From Lachnospiraceae bacterium (GTDB lineage: Bacteria; Bacillota; Clostridia; Lachnospirales; Lachnospiraceae), in assembly GCA_022791755.1 (NCBI GenBank), contig JAAVZR010000031.1, positions 7,830-71,829 of the forward strand: a DNA stretch of 64,000 nucleotides, written 5' to 3'. The notes beneath the pieces are model-generated. The model had not been told where the DNA came from and did not search any database. It worked only from the letters and a program-made list of their open reading frames with translations. Below are positions 31,133 to 40,441 of this stretch, piece after piece; position 1 is the stretch's first letter, and the number at the start of each line of letters is the position of its first letter. Position numbers and translations under genes: made by a program.

Positions 31133-32440
31133 TTATTGTGCGGCTTCTTCCGCCGCTTCCTGCTCGATACACTGCTTCTCATATACCTTAAAGAAAGGAA
31201 GGTAAACCAGATAGCAGACAGGGAACATCAGGATGGCAAAGACGCAGTTGCGCCAGTCAAGAGAGCTCATAAAGGTGGAGAATACCACCGGCAGCGTCGT
31301 CATAATCAGTACCTGAGGATAAGCCATCAATCCCAGAGAATATGCGATCAGCATGAGTGCGGCCACGACCAGCGGACAGAGAATGAACGGGATCAGCATC
31401 AATGAATTATACATAATAGGAAAACCAAAGATGGCAGGTTCATTGATATTGAAAATACCGGGGCCCAGAGCCGCTTTGGACACCGCGCTGATTCTCTTGG
31501 ATTTGCTCTTTAAGCCCATGACACACAGGGGCAGCGTATTGCCGGTACCACCCATAATGCTGAGAGCTCCGAAGATGAACAGAGGAGACCACTGCAAAGG
31601 CTGACCGGCCGCCGCTAAGGCTGAGTTAGTGGAGTAGGCCGTTACATACGGGATCAAAATCGCGTTAAAGATAACGCCGGTGCCGTGGATGCCAAAAAAC
31701 CAGAAGAACTGGCAGAGAATAATGATGATAAACATACCAGGCGCTGAAGTCAGATAACCGATCGGGATACCTAAGAGTTTCGTAATCAGGGAGGCTAAGG
31801 TGAGGGAGCCCTGCGATATTGCGGCGATCAGGATGGACAGGCCGTACCAGACCACGATGTTGATGCCGGTAGGAATGATGGCATTAAAGGAATTGGCAAT
31901 TCCCTCCGGAACCACGTCGGGCAGCTTAATCAACCAGTTGTGGCGGATCGCAAACTCAGAGATTGCCACGGAACACAGGCCGATGATGAGAGCTACGAAC
32001 ATACCGCCCGTACCCAAGTTCCCCAGATTCAGCGCATCAAAAAAAGTAGCGCCGCCGTCTACGCTGGCGGATACGACGGGAGAGACGACCAGGATGTAGC
32101 AGACGATGGCGGTAAAACCGGCCTGCATGGGATTTCTCTTCTTTCTTTTTGCATAATTGTAGGCCATGGAGAAGCACATGAAAAAGCCCAGTAAACCCAT
32201 GGTCAGTTTATAAGGCATATAAAAGGCTGCGTAAGACGGGCTGGAGGTATCCCATTTGAAAATGAGACTGCCCAGTGCACATATTACCTGGATCACAGCG
32301 CCGATCATAATCAGGCCCATGGTTGCCCCCATACCGCTGGAGATCGTAGCAAAAATTTCGTTTTTCGTCAGCTTCATGCTCATCTTCTGCAAATTTTTCA
32401 TAAACTTACTGTCGGCCAGCCGTTCAATTGCGTTACCCAT
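31133..32440 (-). CDS. PTS cellobiose-family EIIC permease
   Basis: About 10 TM helices, 435 aa, with the typical EIIC-Lac/Cel N-terminus (IERLADSKFMKNLQ). Confidence 0.9.
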   Translation of the reverse strand: MGNAIERLADSKFMKNLQKMSMKLTKNEIFATISSGMGATMGLIMIGAVIQVICALGSLIFKWDTSSPSYAAFYMPYKLTMGLLGFFMCFSMAYNYAKRKKRNPMQAGFTAIVCYILVVSPVVSASVDGGATFFDALNLGNLGTGGMFVALIIGLCSVAISEFAIRHNWLIKLPDVVPEGIANSFNAIIPTGINIVVWYGLSILIAAISQGSLTLASLITKLLGIPIGYLTSAPGMFIIIILCQFFWFFGIHGTGVIFNAILIPYVTAYSTNSALAAAGQPLQWSPLFIFGALSIMGGTGNTLPLCVMGLKSKSKRISAVSKAALGPGIFNINEPAIFGFPIMYNSLMLIPFILCPLVVAALMLIAYSLGLMAYPQVLIMTTLPVVFSTFMSSLDWRNCVFAILMFPVCYLVYLPFFKVYEKQCIEQEAAEEAAQ

Positions 32441-32464
32441 TCCAAAATCCTCCTTATTTTTTAC

Positions 32465-32785
32465 TTACTGCTTATCTGCCTTTTTCTCATGCAGATAAAT
32501 CAATTCTTTGATCAATTCCTGAGCCAGCATGCTGGTCATCAGATGGTCCTGTGAATGTACCAGCAGGATATTTAGTTCAGGTCCTTCCCCGCCGGCTTCG
32601 GCTGCCAAAAGCCCGGTCTGCACATGATGCGCTTCCAGAGCCTTTTCCTCTGACTGGGTTAAAAGTTTTTTGGCCTCGTCATACCTCCCCTCTCTGGCGG
32701 CGGTCAAGGCGCGAAAAGCCAGCGTCCGCGCATCTCCTGAATGCACGATCAGCATCATGGCTACCTCTTCAGCATTCATTGCCAT
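32465..32785 (-). CDS. PTS lactose/cellobiose-family EIIA
   Basis: Helical IIA with the HSGDAR ... AH..QT motif. I chose the ATG at 32785 because it lies 7 nt after AAAGGAGGA. Confidence 0.85.
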   Translation of the reverse strand: MAMNAEEVAMMLIVHSGDARTLAFRALTAAREGRYDEAKKLLTQSEEKALEAHHVQTGLLAAEAGGEGPELNILLVHSQDHLMTSMLAQELIKELIYLHEKKADKQ

Positions 32786-32875
32786 ACACATTCCTCCTTT
32801 CATCTGTGGCACTCAGAGTATAATAGGATGCTGCCACAGGATTTGTTTGTACAGGCTGCCCATGTACTATATAAT

Positions 32876-32904
32876 AATATACATACTTTTGTACATGTTG
32901 TCAA
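32876..32904 (-). promoter_or_regulatory. Sigma-70-type promoter for the PTS operon
   Basis: Minus strand reads TTGACA - 17 bp - TATATT. Confidence 0.45.
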
Positions 32905-32974
32905 ATGCTCCTTTGGGAATGTTATGCTTTTATGAGCGGTATATCATAAACAGTATAGCAAAAATACAAACACT

Positions 32975-33009
32975 AAAAAGGGCAGACCCTCTTAAAAGAG
33001 GATCTGCCC
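32975..33009 (-). terminator. Intrinsic terminator after the LevR-like regulator
   Basis: Minus strand reads GGGCAGATCCTCTTTTAAGAGGGTCTGCCC followed by TTTTT. Confidence 0.7.
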
Positions 33010-33104
33010 TATTTGTTTCCGGGTTTCTCCACAAAAAATGTTTATACACTAAAGAAATAGAAAGGATTTCAGGAAGATATACATACACTGTGTGCTTCGG
33101 CTTT

Positions 33105-35765
33105 TTATATTTGCTTGATAATGGCGATGATACAGGCCAGTTCATCATCGGAAAAAATCACTTCAAAGGGTTCCTCCAGTTTTTTGAGAATGTCCTTCAG
33201 GTCATGATACAGCCGCTTGTTGCGACTGATCAGCTTCTCACGGTTTCTTGTGGTGGGCATATCTTCCCCTGCCTGAATTCGCTGGATGGCGCAGGCAATA
33301 TGGAGAAAAAGGCCGAGTTCCTGATCCTGAGAGAGCCCGTTGACAAGCTTTTTGATTCTGGCGATCGTTCTGAGCAGATACGGCTTAAGCTTTTGGAGAT
33401 CAAAGCCATCCAGCTGTTCGGAAAGATAGGCACAAATCACGTCATAGTCTACCTGAGCAGGATTTTCCGAGTTCGGTATGGCCAGCAGAATATCCAGTTT
33501 ATCTGCCGGTGTTTCAAAGAGCTTGGTGATAGAGATATAGGGTATTCCATGTAACTGAGGGTCATACGTACCGATTACATAGAGAATATCGTGCTCCTGT
33601 CGAAGCTGGTTTACCTCATTGAGAAGCTTCTGATGATCGCTTATGGCCAGGGGGATGATATCAATGTCTCCCATCTGCACATGCTTTTGCAGATAGGACT
33701 TCATCTGGACAGCGCCTCCCCTGCCGCTCATACACAATGTGATAATGATTTTGTGGTTACACTGTCGCGCGTGGGCTTCCGTCATCTGTATGTATGTATT
33801 CTGGAAGGCCTGGGCTACATTTTCATACAGTTCGTCCAGAGAGGTCAGGCAGCTGGCTTTGCGTGAGCTGTCCAGGGCAATGAGAGTCCCGGGAATCTCC
33901 AGAGTGCGGATCATGGTACCGCATTCTTTCATGATCATCTCTGCCATGGTTTTTAGTGAACCCATGTCATACAGAAGGAGGATGCCCTGGCCTTTATCGA
34001 TTTCCTGAATCTGCGCTTTCAGCTCATCATAGGCATCCTGCATATCCATGTTCAGAGGCATATCAAAAGAGTAGGTGTTACCTCCCTTGACCAGGGAATT
34101 GACCACATCTGCCATGGAGGAGGCCGTGGATTTTCCGTGCATAGCCAGTAAAATTACAGGTTTGTTTACCGGTTTATCATAAAGGGTATTGTTACAGATG
34201 AACATGGTAATAAAAACGATCTCGTCAATGGACAGCTGCACGTCAAATTCGCGTTCCACTTCCGTGGAAAATTTCATACAGAAGGCGTATTCGTCACGAT
34301 GGCTTTCCACCGTCTCCATAATCCGGCTGTTGGAGAGCCGCTGTGAAGTATTTGAGCGCTCAAGCGTTGCGGACAGATGAAGACAAAGACCATAAAAAAT
34401 AGATTCAGGATATACGCGGTCAAAGCACAGGGCGGCTTCCCGCAGGAATTTATCCACCATGGTGACGATGCGGCGGTCGACGATTTTCAGCAGGGATTCG
34501 CGGCTTACATTCTTCTCCCTGACCTGATGCATGATTTGCTTCATGTCGTATTCCAGCTCTGCATTGATGATGGAACTGGTTTCCTCCTCTGTTATACCCC
34601 GGGAGCGAAGTTCGGCGGCCTTGCGGTCGATGACGTCATAGATGGATTCCCGGTTGTCGCAGGAAACCTCGTTTTTTTCGGGAAGCTTCTCCATACTGGT
34701 CTCTTTGGAGAATGTATAGGAGTAATTCTTGGGGATCAGGTTTTCCACCTGATCGTAATAGTCTTTATAGTACAGAAGTCCCCGGCGTACCACAGGAGGC
34801 AGGTCATTCATATAGATATACAGACTATCGGTATCTTCGTTAAATTTACGTACGTAGGCGTTGGCACAGCCCAGCTTAATATCGGATTTCAGCTGCTTTA
34901 TATTATTCTCACAGCGATACAGTAACATGCAGCGCAGCAGCTCGGCATTGACCCTGACCGATTTGTTCATCCGGGTGGCTTCCTCGATGAAAAAGTTCTG
35001 TACCAGAGCAAAACGTTCATCCAGACGGCGGGCCTGAAGGGAAGGCAGGTCGATCCGAACCGAAAATTTAGCGGTGTAGAGATCAATCAGAGATTGCTTT
35101 ATATTGTCATTGACAGAACAGATCAGGATAGTTTCCTGCATTTCGGTTACTTCGTTTTCCACGAGATCCAGAAGAAAATCCCTGTCCTCAGCGGGTAAAA
35201 GATCGATATGGTCTATGGCCAGGACGCCTCCCCGGGCTTTTTGGATAGCGCTATCTGTGCTGTTGCCGCTGCGTCCGAACAGACGCCGTCCGATCTCCTC
35301 ATCCTGGCCGTCATAACGGCGGCAGTTAAAACGAATCAGAGGGGCGTCGCTGGCAATCACCCCCTTTTCCCGGGCAAACTGATACATGAGGCTGGCAAAA
35401 TATGTCTTGCCGGAACCGCTGGGTCCCACGATGAGCGTATTCAGACTGTGCTCGGGATAGAGGATGGCAGCTTTGGCCAGCTGGGTGCTGCGCCTGAGAC
35501 TGCCGTTTTGTCCGAGCAGCTTTGCGAAACAGGAATCTTCATTGCTGTGGGAACCGGAGGAGCTGGCGATCCGATAGGGAACCGGGCGGCCGGACAGTTT
35601 TTCCAGTTTTCCTTCAGCCACCAGATCATTGAGCAGAGAGCTTAGATTGGAGCGCTGTATCTTTAACTCATCAGAGAGTTCCTTTGTGGTAAATACCCGG
35701 TTTTCCGCACCGTGTTTTTGGGTACAGGATATCATATATTCAAATATCTTATCCTTATTTGTCAT
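33105..35765 (-). CDS. LevR-like PTS regulator: HTH - AAA+ (sigma-54-interaction-like, apparently degenerate) - PRD - EIIA(Man)-like - EIIB(Gat)-like - PRD
   Basis: Walker A GPSGSGKT, an EIIA-Man-like VILLAMHGKSTASSMA, an EIIB-like IIITLCMSGRGGA, and PRD-like helices. The ATG at 35765 follows AAAGGAG. Confidence 0.8.
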   Translation of the reverse strand: MTNKDKIFEYMISCTQKHGAENRVFTTKELSDELKIQRSNLSSLLNDLVAEGKLEKLSGRPVPYRIASSSGSHSNEDSCFAKLLGQNGSLRRSTQLAKAAILYPEHSLNTLIVGPSGSGKTYFASLMYQFAREKGVIASDAPLIRFNCRRYDGQDEEIGRRLFGRSGNSTDSAIQKARGGVLAIDHIDLLPAEDRDFLLDLVENEVTEMQETILICSVNDNIKQSLIDLYTAKFSVRIDLPSLQARRLDERFALVQNFFIEEATRMNKSVRVNAELLRCMLLYRCENNIKQLKSDIKLGCANAYVRKFNEDTDSLYIYMNDLPPVVRRGLLYYKDYYDQVENLIPKNYSYTFSKETSMEKLPEKNEVSCDNRESIYDVIDRKAAELRSRGITEEETSSIINAELEYDMKQIMHQVREKNVSRESLLKIVDRRIVTMVDKFLREAALCFDRVYPESIFYGLCLHLSATLERSNTSQRLSNSRIMETVESHRDEYAFCMKFSTEVEREFDVQLSIDEIVFITMFICNNTLYDKPVNKPVILLAMHGKSTASSMADVVNSLVKGGNTYSFDMPLNMDMQDAYDELKAQIQEIDKGQGILLLYDMGSLKTMAEMIMKECGTMIRTLEIPGTLIALDSSRKASCLTSLDELYENVAQAFQNTYIQMTEAHARQCNHKIIITLCMSGRGGAVQMKSYLQKHVQMGDIDIIPLAISDHQKLLNEVNQLRQEHDILYVIGTYDPQLHGIPYISITKLFETPADKLDILLAIPNSENPAQVDYDVICAYLSEQLDGFDLQKLKPYLLRTIARIKKLVNGLSQDQELGLFLHIACAIQRIQAGEDMPTTRNREKLISRNKRLYHDLKDILKKLEEPFEVIFSDDELACIIAIIKQI

Positions 35766-36008
35766 GTTCACTCCTTTGCAGGTCCGACCGATGACGGTGT
35801 CCCCTGGGGGATGGTTATTTCTCTCGGTTTCTCTCATATTTTACTATACGTGCAGGCGGCTTGTAAAGTATGATTCTTCTGTGACAGAGCAAGGAGTTAA
35901 CATGTGGAGAGCGAATAACTTACAGCAAACAGAATTTGGAACTAGCCATCGGGGCGGCCGTTTGGTATAATCAGGGAAGAAACCCTTTGGGCAGGAGGAA
36001 GAAAGAAT

Positions 36009-36746
36009 ATGATGGACAGGGAACATTCGGTAAGGTACGTGGTGGATACGCATACCCATACGATTGCAAGCGGACATGCATACAGCACTCTGGCGGAGAT
36101 GGCCAGGGCGGCGGCGGACCGGGGGCTTTTGGCGCTGGCGGTCACGGATCATGCCCCCGGTATACCGGGAGCCTGCGACGCCATGCACTTTCGTAATTTT
36201 AAGGTGATCGACAGAAATATCTTCGGTGTGGAGCTTCTGATGGGCTGTGAGCTGAATATTCTGGACTATGACGGTCATGTGGATATGGATGAAAAGGGCT
36301 TTCGGCAGCTGGATATCACGGTGGCCAGCATTCATACTCTGTGCTATACCGTGGGATCAAAGGCAGAGAATACCAGGGCATACTGTCTGGCCATGGAGAA
36401 TCCGCTGATTGATATCATCGGGCATCCCGACGACGGCAGAGTTCCCGTGAATTATGAGGAACTGGTCCGCTGTGCGAAAGATACGGGGACGCTTCTTGAG
36501 CTGAATAACTCATCCCTGGATCCCAGGAACTCCAGGGAGAACGGCTATGAAAATATGAAAACGATGTTAGGATACTGTATGCGCTATGAATGCCCGGTGA
36601 CGCTGGGAAGCGACTCTCATTTTTTTGCCCAGGTGGGGCGGTTTGACGAAGTAGAGAGAATGCTCCGAGAGATGGAGTTTCCTGGGGAGCTGGTGGTAAG
36701 TACCTCCGTGGAAAAGCTGAAAAAGCATCTGCATAAATTTCAATAA
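36009..36746 (+). CDS. PHP-domain phosphatase (YcdX-like)
   Basis: VDTHTHT, SGHAYS and AVTDHAP histidinol-phosphatase-fold metal motifs, plus GSDSH. Confidence 0.8.
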   Translation: MMDREHSVRYVVDTHTHTIASGHAYSTLAEMARAAADRGLLALAVTDHAPGIPGACDAMHFRNFKVIDRNIFGVELLMGCELNILDYDGHVDMDEKGFRQLDITVASIHTLCYTVGSKAENTRAYCLAMENPLIDIIGHPDDGRVPVNYEELVRCAKDTGTLLELNNSSLDPRNSRENGYENMKTMLGYCMRYECPVTLGSDSHFFAQVGRFDEVERMLREMEFPGELVVSTSVEKLKKHLHKFQ

Positions 36747-36750
36747 CCTC

Positions 36751-36779
36751 TGGACTTTCGGACTTTAATATGATAAAAT
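36751..36779 (+). promoter_or_regulatory. Candidate promoter for the YerC-like gene
   Basis: TGGACT - 17 bp - TAAAAT, with a TG extension. Confidence 0.35.
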
Positions 36780-36899
36780 GTCAACGGAATTAAGGTCCGG
36801 TACAAAAATACCCTTTGGGCGTCCCATTTTGTCCTGAGATTACGGGCGGTGAAGAGGAAGGGGAAACGATACCGGAGTGCAGTACCACAGGAGGATAAG

Positions 36900-37190
36900 A
36901 TGAATAAGAAGATTAAAACAGAGGCAGTGGACCATTTGTTTCAGGCGGTGCTGTCCCTTCAGTCTGTCGAGGAATGTTATGCTTTTTTTGAGGATGTCTG
37001 CACGGTGAATGAACTTCTTTCCCTGTCTCAGCGCTATGAGGTGGCCAAGATGCTGCGGGAAAAAAAGACCTATCTGGAGATCGCGGAAAATACCGGGGCG
37101 TCCACCGCCACAATCAGTCGTGTGAACCGCTCCCTGAACTATGGGAACGACGGCTATGACATGATCTTTGAGAGGCTTGATAAGGAGTAG
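36900..37190 (+). CDS. YerC/YecD-family TrpR-like DNA-binding protein
   Basis: About 96 aa, with ELLSLSQRYEVAKML ... TGASTATISRV (TrpR-like HTH). The ATG at 36900 follows GGAGGA. Confidence 0.8.
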   Translation: MNKKIKTEAVDHLFQAVLSLQSVEECYAFFEDVCTVNELLSLSQRYEVAKMLREKKTYLEIAENTGASTATISRVNRSLNYGNDGYDMIFERLDKE

Positions 37191-37213
37191 GAGACAGGCG
37201 GCTGAGCAGCAGC

Positions 37214-37852
37214 TCAGCCGTCTTCGCGTCCGGGCCTGCGGGGTTTCTTTTCGTTAGCGTTTTTTGTCTCATTGGCCAGGTCGTCGATCAGGAGTTCGAT
37301 GACCTGCTTTTTCATATAGACGTCAAAGCCCAAAAGAGAGATGAAGGCGAAGCGCTGTAAGAGCTCCTGCTCTTCCCCTTTCGTATCTGCGAAGGTCTTC
37401 AGGGCCGTCTCAAAACACCACCGGATATCCTCCTCAAAACGGCTCAGCTGTGTGCGTTCCATGGAGAAGAGCTCCTCATAGATATCCGTCAGGCTGAGGC
37501 CGGCGCTGGCATGGAAATAGCGGTCGGACACAGGCTTCATAAGAGTCTGGATGTCGCTGATGGACAGCAGATTTTTGTAATAGTAGATAAAAATCAGCAT
37601 GAGCAGATGCTCCCGGGAATACTTCTTCTTCACCGGCGGAGGGAGCAGGTTGTTCTTGGCATAATTGTTTATCATAGTCTTAGTCAGCACCTTATCCTCG
37701 GGATAGCGCTTGGAGTGCTCCAGATGCTGCTCCATAAAGGTCGTGACCTGATCCATGTACAGGTCGATTCCCGGGATCTCCTCCGGATGGATATAGTCGA
37801 GGCCGGAGAGACGCTCGGTTAAAAGCCGGAACAATTCTTCATTACGTTTCAT
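37214..37852 (-). CDS. DUF1836 domain protein
   Basis: YMDQVTTFME ... LTKTMINNYAKNNLLPPP signature. Confidence 0.75.
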   Translation of the reverse strand: MKRNEELFRLLTERLSGLDYIHPEEIPGIDLYMDQVTTFMEQHLEHSKRYPEDKVLTKTMINNYAKNNLLPPPVKKKYSREHLLMLIFIYYYKNLLSISDIQTLMKPVSDRYFHASAGLSLTDIYEELFSMERTQLSRFEEDIRWCFETALKTFADTKGEEQELLQRFAFISLLGFDVYMKKQVIELLIDDLANETKNANEKKPRRPGREDG

Positions 37853-37929
37853 TCTATCACCTCTTCACCTTATTATATAGTATTCAAAACCAGATAACAA
37901 GAGGAAAATGATTTTTTTACATAGAAGAA

Positions 37930-40296
37930 TTACGGAACATCGGGAAGCATGGTATGGATATGAGCGGTTCCCTCCCGGATGATGACGGTAACCGCCCCCC
38001 GTACGGCAGTGATGAGGCAGGGAATATTGTGACCGGCAGCCCGGCTCAGCATGTCCGGGTGGGGATGGCGGTAGCGGTTGTTGATACCGCAGGAGATCAC
38101 AATGGTGTGCGGAGAGAGGATGTCCAGCAGCCGGTCTTTGGTGGAGGTGGCAGAGCCGTGGTGACCGGCCTTCAGAATATGGCAGGTAATATTCTGGCGC
38201 TCCAGAACGGGAAGGAGCAAATCCTCCCCTTCTTCCCCACAGTCGCCGGTGAAGAGAAGGCGAATCCCCTGATATTCGGCCAGCAGCACCATGGAAGAGG
38301 CGTTCAGCGAGGTATAGAGACGGCCGGTTGCGGTATCGGCAGGCTCCGGAGCCAGGCAGGTGAGGGTCAGTTCGCCCTGTCGAAAGGTCTGCCCCCGGCT
38401 AAAGAAGAGAAGAGGGATCTGATAAGACAGCATTATGGACTGAAACTCCTGAAAGGAAGCTTCCCGGCAGAGAGGTTCGGACAGATCGGGCAGAATCACC
38501 GTTCCCACGGAAAAGCCCTCCTCCAGCCAGGCGGTGACGGCATTAACATGGTCGCTGTCCGTGTGAGAGATAAAGACATAATCCAGGGAATCAATGCCCT
38601 GAGCCTCCAGGAAAGGAATCAGACGGGTGGAGGCAGCAGTCTTTAAGTCGCTGCTGCCTGCGTCGATCAGGATGGTGGTGCCTTTGGGCGTCCGTAAAAA
38701 GGCACAGTCTCCCTGGCCTACATCGAGAAAGGTGACAATCAGGCTTTGGGAAGGAAGGGGAGCCAGAAGGAGAGGGATAAGAAGCAGGGGAAGAAAAGGA
38801 CGAGAGGGAAAGGAACCGGATGCGGTGGAGAGAGATTTGTCTTTGGCCGCCGCATCTTTTTTTCGGGCGCCTGCGATCCACAGGCAGAAGAGAATCAGCA
38901 TCATATAATACAGAAAAATCCGCCAGGGCTTTGGCTGTCCTAAGACCAGGGATGCGCCGGGAAGGGAGGAGGTCAGAAAACAGAGCCAGTCGTAGAGCCG
39001 GAGAATCAGCGCGGCGGGAAAGGACAGGACGACGCCTGAGGGAAACCAGATCAGGGAAGCGCTGAGCCCCAGGACTCCGCAGATAAAAAGAGGGGCGGCC
39101 AGGGGGAGCACGACCAGATTGAGCAGGAGACCATAGAGAGGATAGCGGTAAAAATGGAAGAGGGTCACCGGCAGAAGAGCCAGCTGCAATCCCAGATGAA
39201 AGCAAAAGGCACGGCAGATCTGCCAAAAAAGGCGGGAGAAAAAACGCGATTTTTTCTTTTCCGGCTTCAGGGGCAGAGTAAAGACAGGGCATATCAGAAG
39301 GAGCGCAAGCACAGCGCCAAATGAGAGCTGAAATCCGGACTGAAACAATATAAGCGGGGAGTCCCACAGAAAGAGAAGACCGGCCAGCGACATGGCTGAC
39401 AGAGAGTCGTAGCTGCGTCCGGTCAGAGGGGCGAGGCATAGGCAGGCAAACATGACGGCGGCCCGGCCGGAGGAGAGACCGCCTCCGCACAGCTGCCAGT
39501 ACAGAAGGATCAGGGCCGATGCCAGAAGACTTCTCACCGGGGCAAAAAGACGCAGACGCTTGCCGGCAGCCAGGATTGCGCCGCCCAGTACGCTGACATG
39601 AAGACCGCTGACGGAGAGAAGGTGGAGAATACCGCCGGTTTCGTAGCGTTCGCGGACTTCTTCCTCCAGCTCGCTTTTATTCCCCAGAAGCAGGGCTTTC
39701 ATGACGGAAGAAAAGGAAGAGGGCTGAGAGGAAAGGAACTGAGAGGGAAAGAGCGTCTGTTCCATGGCCGTGAGGGCCGCATAAAGTTCATCCAGACGTT
39801 CGGACAAAAACAGGGACAGCCGGCGGATGCTCTCGGCCAGAGGAGAGATGCCGGCATCGGTGAGGGCGATACTTTTTGCCGACACGCGGTAGGAGATATG
39901 GCGTGACAGATAATAGAGCCGCCAGTCGAAATTACCGGGATTGCGGGCCGGCTGAAAGGAGGAGAGAGAGCCTGAGAGCCGGACCTGGTTGCCTGCCTGC
40001 AATGCGCAGACAGGCACAGAGCCGCCGGACAGGGAGTCTGTCACGGTCATGCCCTCCTCTAAAGAGATAAGCAGGCGGTCACAGGAAAAGCTCTGATCCT
40101 CGTAAGTGATCCGGCAGTTCTTCAGAGTGAGCGCAAGCCGGTCGGCGGAAAATGACAGTGTGTCAATTTTCCCTTCCACGGTTACGGAATAATAGCTTCC
40201 CTGGGGGAAGACCGGATCCGGCGTATAGCCGCGGGGATACAGAAAAAAGATGGCTGCCGCACTCAGACAGAAAAGAAAGAAAAGGGGACGCTTCAT
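37930..40296 (-). CDS. comEC: DNA internalization-related competence protein ComEC/Rec2
   Basis: N-terminal OB-like domain, a polytopic competence domain, and a C-terminal metallo-beta-lactamase (DVGQGD, SHTDSDH, HHGS). Confidence 0.9.
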   Translation of the reverse strand: MKRPLFFLFCLSAAAIFFLYPRGYTPDPVFPQGSYYSVTVEGKIDTLSFSADRLALTLKNCRITYEDQSFSCDRLLISLEEGMTVTDSLSGGSVPVCALQAGNQVRLSGSLSSFQPARNPGNFDWRLYYLSRHISYRVSAKSIALTDAGISPLAESIRRLSLFLSERLDELYAALTAMEQTLFPSQFLSSQPSSFSSVMKALLLGNKSELEEEVRERYETGGILHLLSVSGLHVSVLGGAILAAGKRLRLFAPVRSLLASALILLYWQLCGGGLSSGRAAVMFACLCLAPLTGRSYDSLSAMSLAGLLFLWDSPLILFQSGFQLSFGAVLALLLICPVFTLPLKPEKKKSRFFSRLFWQICRAFCFHLGLQLALLPVTLFHFYRYPLYGLLLNLVVLPLAAPLFICGVLGLSASLIWFPSGVVLSFPAALILRLYDWLCFLTSSLPGASLVLGQPKPWRIFLYYMMLILFCLWIAGARKKDAAAKDKSLSTASGSFPSRPFLPLLLIPLLLAPLPSQSLIVTFLDVGQGDCAFLRTPKGTTILIDAGSSDLKTAASTRLIPFLEAQGIDSLDYVFISHTDSDHVNAVTAWLEEGFSVGTVILPDLSEPLCREASFQEFQSIMLSYQIPLLFFSRGQTFRQGELTLTCLAPEPADTATGRLYTSLNASSMVLLAEYQGIRLLFTGDCGEEGEDLLLPVLERQNITCHILKAGHHGSATSTKDRLLDILSPHTIVISCGINNRYRHPHPDMLSRAAGHNIPCLITAVRGAVTVIIREGTAHIHTMLPDVP

Positions 40297-40441
40297 AGAT
40301 ACCTCCTCAGGAATAAAGGGGACAGGGGATTACATATAGTATAGGAGCAGATTTTGACGCCTTACGGCAGGCGGGCTCCATCCCGGAGCCGATACCTGCC
40401 TTGGCGGCGGACAGTGACAGGGCAGAGACGGAGGCGAGACG

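Noticed and set aside
32820-32836. A possible sigma-54 (-24/-12) promoter, TGGCAG-N5-TATT, upstream of the PTS IIA gene, as would be expected for a LevR-type activator.
   Set aside because: The -24 TGGCA is present, but the invariant GC of the -12 element (TTGC) is missing. The TGGCA is better explained as one arm of the CTGTGGCA/TGCCACAG palindrome. A good sigma-70 promoter lies just upstream.
36780-36899. A leader of about 120 nt before the YerC/TrpR-like gene, considered as a possible riboswitch. It has potential CCGGTA/TACCGG and GGTAC/GTACC pairings.
   Set aside because: I could not recognise any conserved riboswitch core, and the pairings are short enough to occur by chance. Covariance-model scanning (Rfam) would be needed.
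37199-37220. A GGCTGAGC-AGCA-GCTCAGCC hairpin between the convergent YerC-like and DUF1836 genes, considered as a bidirectional terminator.
   Set aside because: It has no convincing U-run on either strand and overlaps the DUF1836 stop codon. It may still attenuate transcription, but the evidence is too weak to list it as a feature.
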